Below are positions 46,151 to 54,587 of a stretch of DNA of 64,000 nt, piece after piece. The position numbers were made by a program, and so were the translations under genes. Location of the stretch: IMG/VR virus record IMGVR_UViG_3300034069_000341, positions 1 through 64,000 of that record; one strand, written 5' to 3'. The stretch comes from a virus. Below the pieces are notes generated by a model. The model searched no databases and was not told the DNA's origin. It worked only from the letters and a program-made list of their open reading frames with translations. Numbering within the stretch: position 1 is the first letter of the stretch; every line of letters starts with the position of its first letter.

Positions 46151-47272
46151 TCAGTTCTCCTCCTTTTCCCGGACCAACTTTGGTCCTCCTCCTGTATACC
46201 CTAGCGTGTCACCCAGCAGAGTGTCAAGGTCATCTCCGTCTTCCATGACCTTCTTCAAGGCAGTGATGCCGTTGACCTTCACCGAAGCGATCTGGTCAAA
46301 ATAATACCCGGCTTCCTGAAGCCTGTCAATAGCCCCATCGGAGTCCAGAATCTTCCGCGTACCCCGACCCTGATCCACTCGGTAGCCGGGGATATCCTCG
46401 AACTCAGCGCGCAGCAGAGCATTGGCCTTCACCTGCTCAATCCACTTCTGGATATCAGGCAACTTGGGCAGGACCTCCGCAATGTCCTTGCCCTTCATCA
46501 TCTCCGGCTCAGTACCGAAGTCGTGGCGCAACTCCATCGCCGCACGAGCCTTGCAGAAGCCCGCAGCGGGGCACCAACGGCAGTTGGACGCCGAAGGGGC
46601 CAGATGACCATGCGAGGACAGAGCCTCACGCGCAGCCGGGGCCACAACCTCATCAGCCCAGAACTGAAGCCACTGGGACGTCACCGAGTAGGACGACACC
46701 CCATCACGGACTCGGGGCTGATATACGCTGACGATCACTCGCTCGGCGTCAGGGTGGAACTTCCTCATGGCCCCAAGGCCGTAGAGGAGCAACTGGGGGT
46801 TGCGCTCGGCGGACACGGGGACCCCAGAGCCGTACTTGAAGTCGATCACATGGATAGTCTTCTCGGAGACCAGAATAGCATCTGCCGTTCCCCACACCTC
46901 GGGGATTCCGGTCTCAACGCGCTCCTCGAAGAAGTACGTCTCGGCGTTCATGAACTCCGACTGCTCGAAGATGAAGTCCGCGTATCCCTGCGCGTGCCCC
47001 ATCATCTCTCGGTGACGCGCAGGGTCAACGCCGTACTCCGGCTTGAACTCGTGGTCCTCCCAGGCAGTGAGCATGTGATCTACTGACTCACCCATGGCCC
47101 TACGGGCCAGAATCTCACCGAGTGAGTGGGCGATAGTGCCCTCAGTGGCCCACGGCGATCCTTCGTCCGTTTGCACAGCGTGCTCAGACATTCGCAGCGA
47201 CCCAGGGCAGTTGATCCACCGATGGGCGCTAGACGGACCCAAGCGTGCGTGCTTAGTCGGTTCGTCAGTCAT
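46151..47272 (-). CDS. Cas4/RecB-family PD-(D/E)XK exonuclease with Fe-S cysteines
   Basis: Start set to ATG 47272 (MTDEPTKHARLGPSSAHRWINCPGS); IHVIDFKYG; C-terminal CRWCPAAGFC (C-x2-C-x5-C). Confidence 0.7.
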   Translation of the reverse strand: MTDEPTKHARLGPSSAHRWINCPGSLRMSEHAVQTDEGSPWATEGTIAHSLGEILARRAMGESVDHMLTAWEDHEFKPEYGVDPARHREMMGHAQGYADFIFEQSEFMNAETYFFEERVETGIPEVWGTADAILVSEKTIHVIDFKYGSGVPVSAERNPQLLLYGLGAMRKFHPDAERVIVSVYQPRVRDGVSSYSVTSQWLQFWADEVVAPAAREALSSHGHLAPSASNCRWCPAAGFCKARAAMELRHDFGTEPEMMKGKDIAEVLPKLPDIQKWIEQVKANALLRAEFEDIPGYRVDQGRGTRKILDSDGAIDRLQEAGYYFDQIASVKVNGITALKKVMEDGDDLDTLLGDTLGYTGGGPKLVREKEEN

Positions 47273-47510
47273 CTGCCCTCTTTCCGTCCATGAATCCGTC
47301 GGTGTACCCGTCGTAGGCACCGTCATCATACCCACTATCGTAACCGACGTCCATACCGTTGTCGTAAGCGTCATCCTGCGCGTCCTTAACACGATCCTCA
47401 ATCTCTTCCTCTGAGGGGGAAGAGTCAATCATCTCAAGGAGTTCGTCAATAATCTCCCACGTCGGCTCACCCTTGTGTAGCCGAATCGGAATCAGGTCAA
47501 TTTCCCTCAT
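47265..47510 (-). CDS. Acidic protein with (D/E)GY-type repeats
   Basis: Start set to ATG 47510 (MREIDLIP...), GGAAGGGG RBS; C-end YDNGMDVGYDSGYDDGAYDGYTDGFMDG. Confidence 0.5.
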   Translation of the reverse strand: MREIDLIPIRLHKGEPTWEIIDELLEMIDSSPSEEEIEDRVKDAQDDAYDNGMDVGYDSGYDDGAYDGYTDGFMDGKRADD

Positions 47511-47628
47511 GGTCGCCCCTTCCGTCCTCAACGCCCAGCCAATAGCCCTCCTTGTACCCGTCCTCCCTACCATCCTCGTAACCGTCACGGTAGCCGTCGC
47601 GGTACATGGTGTCACCGATTCTGCTCAT
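47497..47628 (-). CDS. 43-aa DGY-repeat peptide
   Basis: Hand-translated: MSRIGDTMYRDGYRDGYEDGREDGYKEGYWLGVEDGRGDHEGN; starts 1 nt after previous stop. Confidence 0.35.
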   Translation of the reverse strand: MSRIGDTMYRDGYRDGYEDGREDGYKEGYWLGVEDGRGDHEGN

Positions 47629-47629
47629 G

Positions 47630-47839
47630 TCAATCATCCTCACTCTCCATATAGTAGTCGTCTAACTCCGCTCGGAGTTCAGCTCTCTTCTCCCGACGCT
47701 CGCGCCGGTTGGTCTGAATCTTACCCCACTTCGCAGCGCCAGGGGCGTCCATGAGACATAATACATGCCTCCACCCAGTATGCACGTCTTCGTCAAACCA
47801 CGTCTTGATGACTCTTCGCTCAGTGTTAGAGCTGTCCAC
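47630..47839 (-). CDS. Hypothetical basic protein
   Basis: Start trimmed to GTG 47839 after GGAAAGG RBS, because the longer track ORF would overlap the tRNA. Confidence 0.4.
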   Translation of the reverse strand: MDSSNTERRVIKTWFDEDVHTGWRHVLCLMDAPGAAKWGKIQTNRRERREKRAELRAELDDYYMESEDD

Positions 47840-47860
47840 GGTGCCGCCTTTCCTTGCAAG

Positions 47861-47936
47861 TCCCCCTGCCCGGACTCGAACCGGGATCACATTTATTTTG
47901 AGTAAATGCCCTCGTGCCTAATTGGGGTACAGGGGG
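47861..47936 (-). tRNA. tRNA, anticodon loop CUCAAAA (anticodon CAA, Leu-type) but short 5-nt variable region
   Basis: Hand fold: acceptor CCCCCUG/CAGGGGG, A73, anticodon stem AUUUA/UAAAU, T-arm CCCGG-UUCGAGU-CCGGG. Confidence 0.75.
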
Positions 47937-47939
47937 TAG

Positions 47940-48014
47940 TGCGGGCGATGGGAGTCGAACCCAACATCAAGACCATGATACGCCTTGTCGATACCGTATC
48001 ACCTCTTCGCCCGT
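47940..48014 (-). tRNA. tRNA-like gene, anticodon arm non-canonical by eye
   Basis: Acceptor (A)CGGGCG/CGCCCG(C), T-arm UGGG-UUCGACU-CCCA; best anticodon arm is 6 bp with 8-nt loop GUAUCAUG; D-arm poor. Confidence 0.45.
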
Positions 48015-48016
48015 CG

Positions 48017-48087
48017 TCCCCTTCCCCGGACTCGAACCGGGACTGTCACGGTTATTCCCGCTGCCTCTGCCGTTGGGCTAGAAGGGG
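48017..48087 (-). tRNA. tRNA-like gene, 71 nt, anticodon loop appears 6 nt (GAAUAA)
   Basis: Acceptor CCCCUUC/GAAGGGG, A73, T-arm CCCGG-UUCGAGU-CCGGG perfect; anticodon arm GCGG/CCGU. Confidence 0.45.
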
Positions 48088-48138
48088 TGGTGCCGGACTT
48101 TCACCGGCTGCGCTAGATTCTAGCACGTAGTATGGCGA

Positions 48139-48300
48139 TTAGTCAACATCGCCATAGTAGGCCTCGGTGATCCACCACTTAGGCGCGGGGTAGTCCCCGA
48201 GGCGATCCTCAGCGTACCGAAGGTCCTCCTCAGTCATCTCCTTGATGGATTCCAGGTCCTCGTCAGTCAGGGACCCGTTGGGGTCAGAGTTCTCAGTCAT
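48139..48300 (-). CDS. Hypothetical acidic 53-aa protein
   Basis: Hand-translated MTENSDPNGSLTDEDLESIKEMTEEDL...WWITEAYYGDVD; 8-nt overlap with upstream gene; stop lies in a 9-bp hairpin. Confidence 0.45.
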   Translation of the reverse strand: MTENSDPNGSLTDEDLESIKEMTEEDLRYAEDRLGDYPAPKWWITEAYYGDVD

Positions 48301-48670
48301 CAAGAGCCTCCATGAACTCGGTGATCTTGTCCTCGGGAATCGCGGAGACGCGAGTCGCCCCGACCGCCGAGAGAGCCGTCTTCAGGCGAGCCTTGCCGCC
48401 GTCCTCAGACATGACCTCCTTAGCCCGAGCAACAGCGTCCTCCATCGTCGGAACCGCGTCAGTCTCCGGGGAGTCATCCCCGGAATCCTCAAGGGCTGCC
48501 GGGGTGTCCTCCTCCTGCTCCTCGACGTCCTCCGGGGTATCCTCCTCCGGCTCCTCGACGTCCTCCGGGGTAGTCTCGGCCTCATCGACCTTAGGCCAGT
48601 CTGTCTTCATTTCCTCTCGGACGATAGCCGCGATGAACTCGCGCAGTGCATCCTCAAGATTCATAGTCAT
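48293..48670 (-). CDS. Highly acidic protein with PEDVEE(P/Q)EEDTP tandem repeat
   Basis: 125 aa; GAAAAGGAGAC RBS; 33-nt DNA duplication about 48,505-48,575. Confidence 0.55.
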   Translation of the reverse strand: MTMNLEDALREFIAAIVREEMKTDWPKVDEAETTPEDVEEPEEDTPEDVEEQEEDTPAALEDSGDDSPETDAVPTMEDAVARAKEVMSEDGGKARLKTALSAVGATRVSAIPEDKITEFMEALDD

Positions 48671-48697
48671 TTGTCAGTCTCCTTTTCTCTTCTTGTA

Positions 48698-48850
48698 TCA
48701 GGTCAGTTCCGCAAGCATCTTGTCAACGATATCCTCGGCGATCTTGCGAGAGGTCTTCTCCGGGTCGGAGTATACGACCTTGAGCCAAGGGTACAGTGCC
48801 TTAGCCGTGGTGTCAACAAGCCGTTCATACGAATCGGTGTAGTCAGTCAT
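48698..48850 (-). CDS. Hypothetical 50-aa protein
   Basis: Hand-translated MTDYTDSYERLVDTTAKALYPWLKVVYSDPEK... Confidence 0.4.
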   Translation of the reverse strand: MTDYTDSYERLVDTTAKALYPWLKVVYSDPEKTSRKIAEDIVDKMLAELT

Positions 48851-48859
48851 GTCACATCC

Positions 48860-49078
48860 TCAATCGTCAATATTCGCCGTGACAATATTCGCCGTGACAA
48901 TACTGGCGAAAAACGTCAGCCACGACAGCGGGTACATCGCTGCCCCGATTAGGCAGACCTTCAGCGACAGCGGCCACGACCAGAGGATCAGCCCGTAGAT
49001 GATCGCTCCCCAACCTCCGAGGAACAGCATCACCGAGGCACACAGAAGCACAAAGGCAATGATCTTAGCCATGCTCAA
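48860..49078 (-). CDS. Small membrane protein
   Basis: 72 aa, two hydrophobic spans; contains 15-bp tandem duplication (IVTANIVTAN). Confidence 0.5.
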   Translation of the reverse strand: MSMAKIIAFVLLCASVMLFLGGWGAIIYGLILWSWPLSLKVCLIGAAMYPLSWLTFFASIVTANIVTANIDD

Positions 49079-49097
49079 ACAATCTTCCCGTCACTCA

Positions 49098-50390
49098 TCA
49101 TCGTACCCCTTTCAGGTAGTCGAACAAGGCCTGTTGCCCTGTTGCCTTTCGATCCAACGCTGCCACCTTAGCATGGTCCACCGTCTCATGTCCAACGAGC
49201 CGGTGAGTGATGACCGTTCGTGTCTGACCCTGACGGGCTAGACGTGCTAGTGACTGCTCATACAACTCCAAGGACCACGGTAGTGAGAAGTACACCGCCG
49301 TGCAACCCCCCTTCTGCAAGTTGACCCCGTGGCCCAGTGACGCCGGGTTGGAGTACATCACCGGGACCTTACCACGGTCCCAGTCGTCCAGCGCACCCTT
49401 CTCCGACGCAGAACGGGCTTCGGGGAATGCCTTGCGGATCATCTCGGCCTCAGCCTTGTACGTGATCCACACTAGCACAGGTCCGCCAGCGTCGTCCACA
49501 ATCTCCCGCAGAACGTCCAACTTGGCCTCATGCAGCCACGTCGTGTCTCTGTCCTCATCGTAGATGAACCCCGAGGACACCTGCCCCAACTTGTTAGTCA
49601 GTGTTGCAGGCTGAAGCGCAACAACCTCGGTGGACTTGAACTCAGCGATTGCTTCTCGCTTGAACTCATCGTACACCTTCCGGACCTTCGGAGGAAGAGT
49701 TACTTCAATATCATTCACCAGGTGGGGAATCTCGATAGCCGGGGCCTCCGAGAACGTGATATCGGCAACAGCCTTGTGGATCGAATCATCCGCTCCCGGC
49801 TTCAGCTTATATTGTATCACAACTCCTGTGGGAAGCGTTGCAGCAGGATAGAAATACCGAGCACGGAACTTCGTCAGTGACGTCTCAAGACGCTCCCCCT
49901 CATCCAGCACAGCGTACTGTGCCCACAGGTCCATCAGCGAGTTTGCAGCCGGGGTGCCGCTGAGAAGCCACCGATTATCAGCGGGCTTAGTCAGTCGTCG
50001 GACTTCCTTCCACCGCTTCGTTGACTTGTTCTTGATCCCCGACGCCTCATCCACTACCACAGTCTTGTAGTTGGCCGGGGCATCGGCGATATTGGAGAAG
50101 CCGATTGTGGTGATGTCGGCGTTCTTCGCAAATGCTTCCTGCCGCTTCTTCGGAGTACCCGCAGCGACAGCGTAAGACAGGTCAGGTCGCCACTTGGCAA
50201 CCTCCTTGGGCCATGAGTCCTCAGCGACGCGCTTAGGTCCGATGACCAGTACGGGAAGGTCTTCAGGCCGCAGCGCGCTCAGAACGCTCAGGGTCTTCCC
50301 CGCGCCCATCCGCAGAGCGAGATAGGCGCGGGGATTCTCGTGCAGGAACTCAACGGCTCGTTTCTGATAGTCGTGTAGTTCTGCTGTCAT
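49098..50390 (-). CDS. SNF2/DEAD-like helicase
   Basis: Start set to ATG 50390 (MTAELHDYQKRAVEF); LRMGAGKT Walker A, VVVDEAS motif II, C-terminal helicase motifs QSLARLARQGQ. Confidence 0.8.
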   Translation of the reverse strand: MTAELHDYQKRAVEFLHENPRAYLALRMGAGKTLSVLSALRPEDLPVLVIGPKRVAEDSWPKEVAKWRPDLSYAVAAGTPKKRQEAFAKNADITTIGFSNIADAPANYKTVVVDEASGIKNKSTKRWKEVRRLTKPADNRWLLSGTPAANSLMDLWAQYAVLDEGERLETSLTKFRARYFYPAATLPTGVVIQYKLKPGADDSIHKAVADITFSEAPAIEIPHLVNDIEVTLPPKVRKVYDEFKREAIAEFKSTEVVALQPATLTNKLGQVSSGFIYDEDRDTTWLHEAKLDVLREIVDDAGGPVLVWITYKAEAEMIRKAFPEARSASEKGALDDWDRGKVPVMYSNPASLGHGVNLQKGGCTAVYFSLPWSLELYEQSLARLARQGQTRTVITHRLVGHETVDHAKVAALDRKATGQQALFDYLKGVR

Positions 50391-50438
50391 AGATTCACCT
50401 CCTCCGCACAGCAAGAACAAAAGTGCCACTCATCCTCG

Positions 50439-50448
50439 ACTATATCAC
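50439..50448 (-). promoter_or_regulatory. Extended -10 promoter (G)TGATATAGT on - strand
   Basis: About 45 nt upstream of helicase start in a 130-nt gap. Confidence 0.45.
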
Positions 50449-50523
50449 CAACAGTATAGCCCAAAGAAATGCCGCACCTGCTACACAATAACTCAAACAC
50501 GGCCTCATACATGAAACGCTTTG

Positions 50524-50751
50524 TCACACCACAGCCCCCTCATCTCCTAGATTCAGACCCTTCTCCGTGGAGCACTCCTCGCAGAAGTCGCCTCCTGCGA
50601 CGACCGTCCACCCTTCCTCGACCGCATCAAAAAGCGCGCTGGAGATGAAGTCCTCAAGAACCTGACCCGACTCCATAAAGTCCATGCTGCTGATGTTCTC
50701 CTTGACTCCGCACACGTCGCACGTCAGTTCCATAGTCCTCCTCAGACTCAC
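50524..50751 (-). CDS. Small Cys-pair (zinc-ribbon-like) protein
   Basis: 75 aa; CDVCGV ... CEEC. Confidence 0.45.
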   Translation of the reverse strand: MSLRRTMELTCDVCGVKENISSMDFMESGQVLEDFISSALFDAVEEGWTVVAGGDFCEECSTEKGLNLGDEGAVV

Positions 50752-51260
50752 AGTTCAACTCCTTTGCTCAGAACCTTGATGTAATCGTACCGTCCGTCAA
50801 GAACCATGGACGAGATACTGTCCCAGTTAAATTCTGAGCGGCCCCACGGTCCCGACCACGGCCATACCCAGTTCGGTCCAGTCTTCACAGCGTACCGGCT
50901 AAGGTATCGCCAGTCCAAGGAATTTACACACACCACCGCACCCACGCCCTTAGGCTCATCGGGGATAGCGTCTATGACCTCGTACAGTTCAACGGATGTG
51001 TCCTTCGCATACTCAGGACACTTGACTACATGAGCCGTTGCGGGGTCGCTCCTGAATGAGACTCTGCCGTAGTCGTCTAACGCGAAACCCCCATTACTAC
51101 CCCTCCGCCACCCCTGGAAGATAGATAGCACCGTTCCCTCAACATCGGACTTGATCCCTGGCCCCTCAGTGATGATACGCAATGTCATTCCTTTGCGAAC
51201 ATCCTCATAGCCGATCTTGTTGTAGACCTTAAGACTGATGCTCACAGCGCCTCCCTCCAA
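50748..51260 (-). CDS. Hypothetical protein (shares IPDEPKG.G motif with next gene)
   Basis: 170 aa; internal IPDEPKGVGAVVCV similar to N-terminus of 51242-51538. Confidence 0.5.
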   Translation of the reverse strand: MEGGAVSISLKVYNKIGYEDVRKGMTLRIITEGPGIKSDVEGTVLSIFQGWRRGSNGGFALDDYGRVSFRSDPATAHVVKCPEYAKDTSVELYEVIDAIPDEPKGVGAVVCVNSLDWRYLSRYAVKTGPNWVWPWSGPWGRSEFNWDSISSMVLDGRYDYIKVLSKGVEL

Positions 51261-51538
51261 ATATAGTCCTTGATGTGGTGCCCGAAGGAATCATACTTCT
51301 CGGCAGCCCCAAAGCCCTCATAGACAACCTCGAACACCTCGGCCTCATCGAACTTGACGATCTGCAACATCTGCTTCCAGGTGAACTCGTCTGCACCGTC
51401 ACTGACATACTCCACCCACCGACCGGGGTATGCGCCAACGTAGAAAGCCTCAGCGTCACATGCCCCAGGGTCCTTGAACACTACACGGATAATAGACCCG
51501 ATGCCCTTAGGCTCCTCGGGAATTTCGGTTCCGCTCAT
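51242..51538 (-). CDS. Hypothetical protein
   Basis: 98 aa; MSGTEIPEEPKGIGSIIRVV... Confidence 0.5.
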   Translation of the reverse strand: MSGTEIPEEPKGIGSIIRVVFKDPGACDAEAFYVGAYPGRWVEYVSDGADEFTWKQMLQIVKFDEAEVFEVVYEGFGAAEKYDSFGHHIKDYIWREAL

Positions 51539-51807
51539 TTCAGCTCCTCCTCAATCCACCGATCAACGTCGGCCTTTCCGTAGAGCACATGGACATGTAC
51601 TCCGAACGTCTCCACCTTCTTGTGCCACCATATCTGAATCTTGCTCAGTGATCCGGTGTCTGTCTTCAACTCTACCAGGTAGATGATCCCATTGCAAAGG
51701 ACCATTCGGTCAGGGACGCCTGTCTGTGTCGGCATGAGTTTGATAGCCCACCCACCGGCGTCCCTGACGCTCTTCTGGAAATGCTGCTCTAGTCTGTTCT
51801 CCCGCAT
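51535..51807 (-). CDS. VRR-NUC domain nuclease
   Basis: 90 aa; GVPDRMVL...IYLVELK PD-(D/E)XK core. Confidence 0.7.
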   Translation of the reverse strand: MRENRLEQHFQKSVRDAGGWAIKLMPTQTGVPDRMVLCNGIIYLVELKTDTGSLSKIQIWWHKKVETFGVHVHVLYGKADVDRWIEEELK

Positions 51808-52112
51808 GTGCTCGTTACGTCCTCTGGTCTGATCCTGAACTCCCCCGTGGGGGGTAATGTTAAAAGACCAGTATACAGCATAGGGGTCACATGGTAGTCG
51901 GGTTGGGGCGTGGGGTCAAGGTCTTCCTCGGAGATGTAACCTATTTCCTCCCACCCAGGCCCTAGATCGTTTAGTTCCTCGGTATCGTATACAGGCCCTC
52001 CCGGTTCCCCCAGAAAACACCAGTAGGACGTGATGACATTGCCGTTCTTGTCAACAAAAGTGTACTCGACTGCATCGTCAGGCGGGTAGAAGATTCCAAT
52101 GAAGTCTTCCAT
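51789..52112 (-). CDS. Hypothetical protein
   Basis: 107 aa, AAGGAGAC RBS. Confidence 0.5.
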   Translation of the reverse strand: MEDFIGIFYPPDDAVEYTFVDKNGNVITSYWCFLGEPGGPVYDTEELNDLGPGWEEIGYISEEDLDPTPQPDYHVTPMLYTGLLTLPPTGEFRIRPEDVTSTCGRTD

Positions 52113-52158
52113 ATCGTCTCCTTCTCTCGGTGTCTTCCACTACATTGTACAGCATACG

Positions 52159-52198
52159 CTAAACGCCTCACTGGGTCATAGGGCAGTGAGGCGTTTAG
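52159..52198 (-). terminator. Hairpin between paralogue-array genes
   Basis: CTAAACGCCTCACTG / CAGTGAGGCGTTTAG 15-bp arms. Confidence 0.6.
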
Positions 52199-52216
52199 TC
52201 AGCGAGCGATGCAGGG

Positions 52217-52855
52217 TCACTCGACGCGTTCCCCACGAGTCCACGGTCCCAAGACCGGCTTGAGGCGGCGGACGGCATCAGGTGTCCATGCCCAGCCAGC
52301 CCTGCGAGTCTCTTCGGCGTACCAACACCACCGGTAGTCCAAGTGGCCGATCCACTCCCACCCACGAAGGTGCTCGTCGTCGTCGGGCCACTCGCCCACC
52401 TCGATGCGCTCCGGCACCTCGGGGGTCTCGTCGGGCCAGCGGGGCGGGTCCGACACGATGACCTGACGACCACCAGCGCGGGACAGGACCTCCTCCCAGC
52501 CTATCCAGTCGCCGTTGACGGCGCGGATCGGCGGCATATCTTCCGGGTCAGCGACGACTCCCAGCAGCTCGCGGGACTCTTTGATCCAGATGCACTGCCC
52601 GAGGATCGTGGGTTCGTCCGGCTGCACCACCGGAGGCGGGGTGATGACCTTGACCGGGACGTGTCGGTAGGCGCACTTGACGCCCCTCTCCACCGTCGCC
52701 AGCTTCACCAGTATCGAGTCGTCATGCTTGATCCTGTCGAGCCGGAGCCTGTGGATGATGCCCTCGATCGGCCCGACCTCGATGAATGCTCCCAGGTAGT
52801 CGTCCGTCAGATCACCCACCGTCAGGGTGTCACCTGCGTTGATCTTCTTGCTCAT
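52217..52855 (-). CDS. Paralogue-family protein A (unknown function)
   Basis: 212 aa; N-end MSKKINAGDTLTVGDLTDDYLGAFIEV aligns with 53464 and 54123 genes. Confidence 0.55.
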   Translation of the reverse strand: MSKKINAGDTLTVGDLTDDYLGAFIEVGPIEGIIHRLRLDRIKHDDSILVKLATVERGVKCAYRHVPVKVITPPPVVQPDEPTILGQCIWIKESRELLGVVADPEDMPPIRAVNGDWIGWEEVLSRAGGRQVIVSDPPRWPDETPEVPERIEVGEWPDDDEHLRGWEWIGHLDYRWCWYAEETRRAGWAWTPDAVRRLKPVLGPWTRGERVE

Positions 52856-52879
52856 GTTATTCTCCCTTGCTCGTCTTCA

Positions 52880-53116
52880 TCAGTACCGCTCCCCAAGCAC
52901 TCGCATCCTGTGCTCTACGACCATCTTAGCAAGGTCGAAAGCCTTGTCAAGGTCTACGTTCTCCTCCACATTAAGAATCTTCATGGACTCCCGCATGTCC
53001 GCTGCGACCTGCTCAGTCAACTCCCGAAGGGTCGAGAGTTCGGAAACAGGGTCCACCTCGACCTCACCGTAGTGTCGCTCCTGGTCCTCGTAGTCTCCGA
53101 AAACGTCTGTTGCCAT
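52880..53116 (-). CDS. Small acidic protein, paralogue of 53142-53381
   Basis: Start set to ATG 53116; leader CGAGCGAAGGAGAAGCATAGATATGG nearly identical to that of its neighbour. Confidence 0.5.
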   Translation of the reverse strand: MATDVFGDYEDQERHYGEVEVDPVSELSTLRELTEQVAADMRESMKILNVEENVDLDKAFDLAKMVVEHRMRVLGERY

Positions 53117-53141
53117 ATCTATGCTTCTCCTTCGCTCGTCT

Positions 53142-53381
53142 TCACTTGTTCTCCTCAACATATCGGACAGTGATTCCCCGTAGGTCCTTCCTCGCCTGCT
53201 TAAGGATCTGGTCAAGATCGTCGTCAAGCAACTGCTCGTCATCAGGAAGGTCCTCAAGCCAATCGGGGTCAAGGGTCTCCACAAGATCAGACGCGCACAT
53301 CAAATCTCCCGCTGCGTCCAGTACATCTTCCATGTACTCAGTAGCCATTCTACGGATTTCCGAATCAGTCAGATTTCCCAT
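53142..53381 (-). CDS. Small acidic protein
   Basis: Start set to ATG 53381 (MGNLTDSEIRRMATEYMEDV...); leader CGAGCAAAGGAGAAGCATAGATATGG. Confidence 0.5.
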   Translation of the reverse strand: MGNLTDSEIRRMATEYMEDVLDAAGDLMCASDLVETLDPDWLEDLPDDEQLLDDDLDQILKQARKDLRGITVRYVEENK

Positions 53382-53416
53382 ATCTATGCTTCTCCTTTGC
53401 TCGTCTTGCTCGGTGG

Positions 53417-53467
53417 GCCTCACGGCCTGTAGTACAAGAGTATACAGGCCGTGAGGCGTGGGGTCAA
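53417..53467 (-). promoter_or_regulatory. Promoter-in-hairpin cassette (TTGACC-17-TATACT with 15-bp inverted repeat)
   Basis: Arms GCCTCACGGCCTGTA 53417-53431 / 53443-53457; -10 53439-53444; -35 53462-53467 overlapping the stop of the upstream gene. Confidence 0.6.
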
Positions 53468-54126
53468 GAAATCTCTTCGTCCTTTGGGACAAGACGGAGG
53501 GGGACGTGATACCTGGGGGCACCAGCATAAACCCAACGACCACAACCTAGTCGGGAATAGCCCCACGCCTTGTCCCGAAAGGACCAGATATCCCCCTGCC
53601 AGTCCTCCCACTGACGGGTGCGGTACAGTTCCTCCTTGCTAGGGTCCCAGTCGTCACAGGTATCGATATCGGTGAGACCGTCGTCATAGGACGCCGTTGG
53701 CTTGTGGACAAGAATCTTTGCGCCCAGTATGTCGGCGTTGCGCTTGACAGTATCCCAGGTGAGATGATTTGCACTCTCCAGACTCAGAATGTCCCCGTAG
53801 TAGTCCACCACACATGTACTATCTGGGTCGCCTTCGATCTGAATGATAGTGCCCATCTCGGTAGGCTGCTCGGGATGGTGACCCCACGGGGGAGTGAGGA
53901 TAGTCACCTCAGTATAAACTCCAACAAAGGTGAAGGCCCTGTTCTCACCCCCCTCTGGGTACAGGTCTATCATTGTATTTTCGTAGGACGCCCGGTGCCT
54001 CTTCAGCACCATAATGGACTTGACTCCCGGCCACTTCTCGAACTCAATCTCCGACCCCCAGTAGTCCTCAGTCAGGTCCTTGGCGAGAACCACATCGCCC
54101 TTGCTAATCTTCGTGCTCATACTCAC
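53464..54126 (-). CDS. Paralogue-family protein B
   Basis: 220 aa; MSMSTKISKGDVVLAKDLTEDYWGSEIEF; C-end W-rich GDIWSFRDKAWGY. Confidence 0.55.
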   Translation of the reverse strand: MSMSTKISKGDVVLAKDLTEDYWGSEIEFEKWPGVKSIMVLKRHRASYENTMIDLYPEGGENRAFTFVGVYTEVTILTPPWGHHPEQPTEMGTIIQIEGDPDSTCVVDYYGDILSLESANHLTWDTVKRNADILGAKILVHKPTASYDDGLTDIDTCDDWDPSKEELYRTRQWEDWQGDIWSFRDKAWGYSRLGCGRWVYAGAPRYHVPLRLVPKDEEIS

Positions 54127-54587
54127 TCACCAATCTTTTCCCAGGAAGGCTCCGCGACATAAATCGGGCGCCCCGCAGCCTTCTCCTTGATCCAGGTCCA
54201 GGAATGAAGGTGAGAACTGCTGGCTGCCCGGAAGACCTCATCCCCAGGTCGCCATGGGGCGCTCTCTGCGAAGAAGGTAATCTCATCGCTACCCTCGCCG
54301 AAACGGACAACCGCGCCCTTAGCAGTAGGCATACCCTTGTCCTTAATGTCAAGGATTTCGACACGCATGTCGCTTCTAACCATTGCTCCGCCGTTTGCCG
54401 GAGTACCCACCGGGCTGAAGAACGGGAACCCATAGTCATCCTCCGTCACACTTGCGAGGGTCATCTGTGCGAAACTAGTACGGGTCCAGTAGACCTTGAT
54501 TTCTGCCCCGATGAACGCCGGGTTGTCATCCTCGACGTCCTTCACAGTGTACACCTCGCCGAGATGAATCTTCCTCTGGTTATCCAT
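54123..54587 (-). CDS. Paralogue-family protein C
   Basis: Start set to ATG 54587 after GAGGAGGAAG; MDNQRKIHLGEVYTVKDVEDDNPAFIGAEIKV. Confidence 0.5.
   Translation of the reverse strand: MDNQRKIHLGEVYTVKDVEDDNPAFIGAEIKVYWTRTSFAQMTLASVTEDDYGFPFFSPVGTPANGGAMVRSDMRVEILDIKDKGMPTAKGAVVRFGEGSDEITFFAESAPWRPGDEVFRAASSSHLHSWTWIKEKAAGRPIYVAEPSWEKIGE

Noticed and set aside
48088-48130. Fourth tRNA upstream of the cluster (GCCGG-TGAAAGT-CCGGC-ACCA)
   Set aside because: It has only two short hairpins, no acceptor stem and a non-canonical T-loop. It is more likely a processing or structural element of the tRNA precursor.
48242-48952. 236-aa + strand ORF in the leftward block
   Set aside because: It spans three well-coupled - strand genes and an intergenic RBS. 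Its translation is Leu/Arg/Ser-rich noise.
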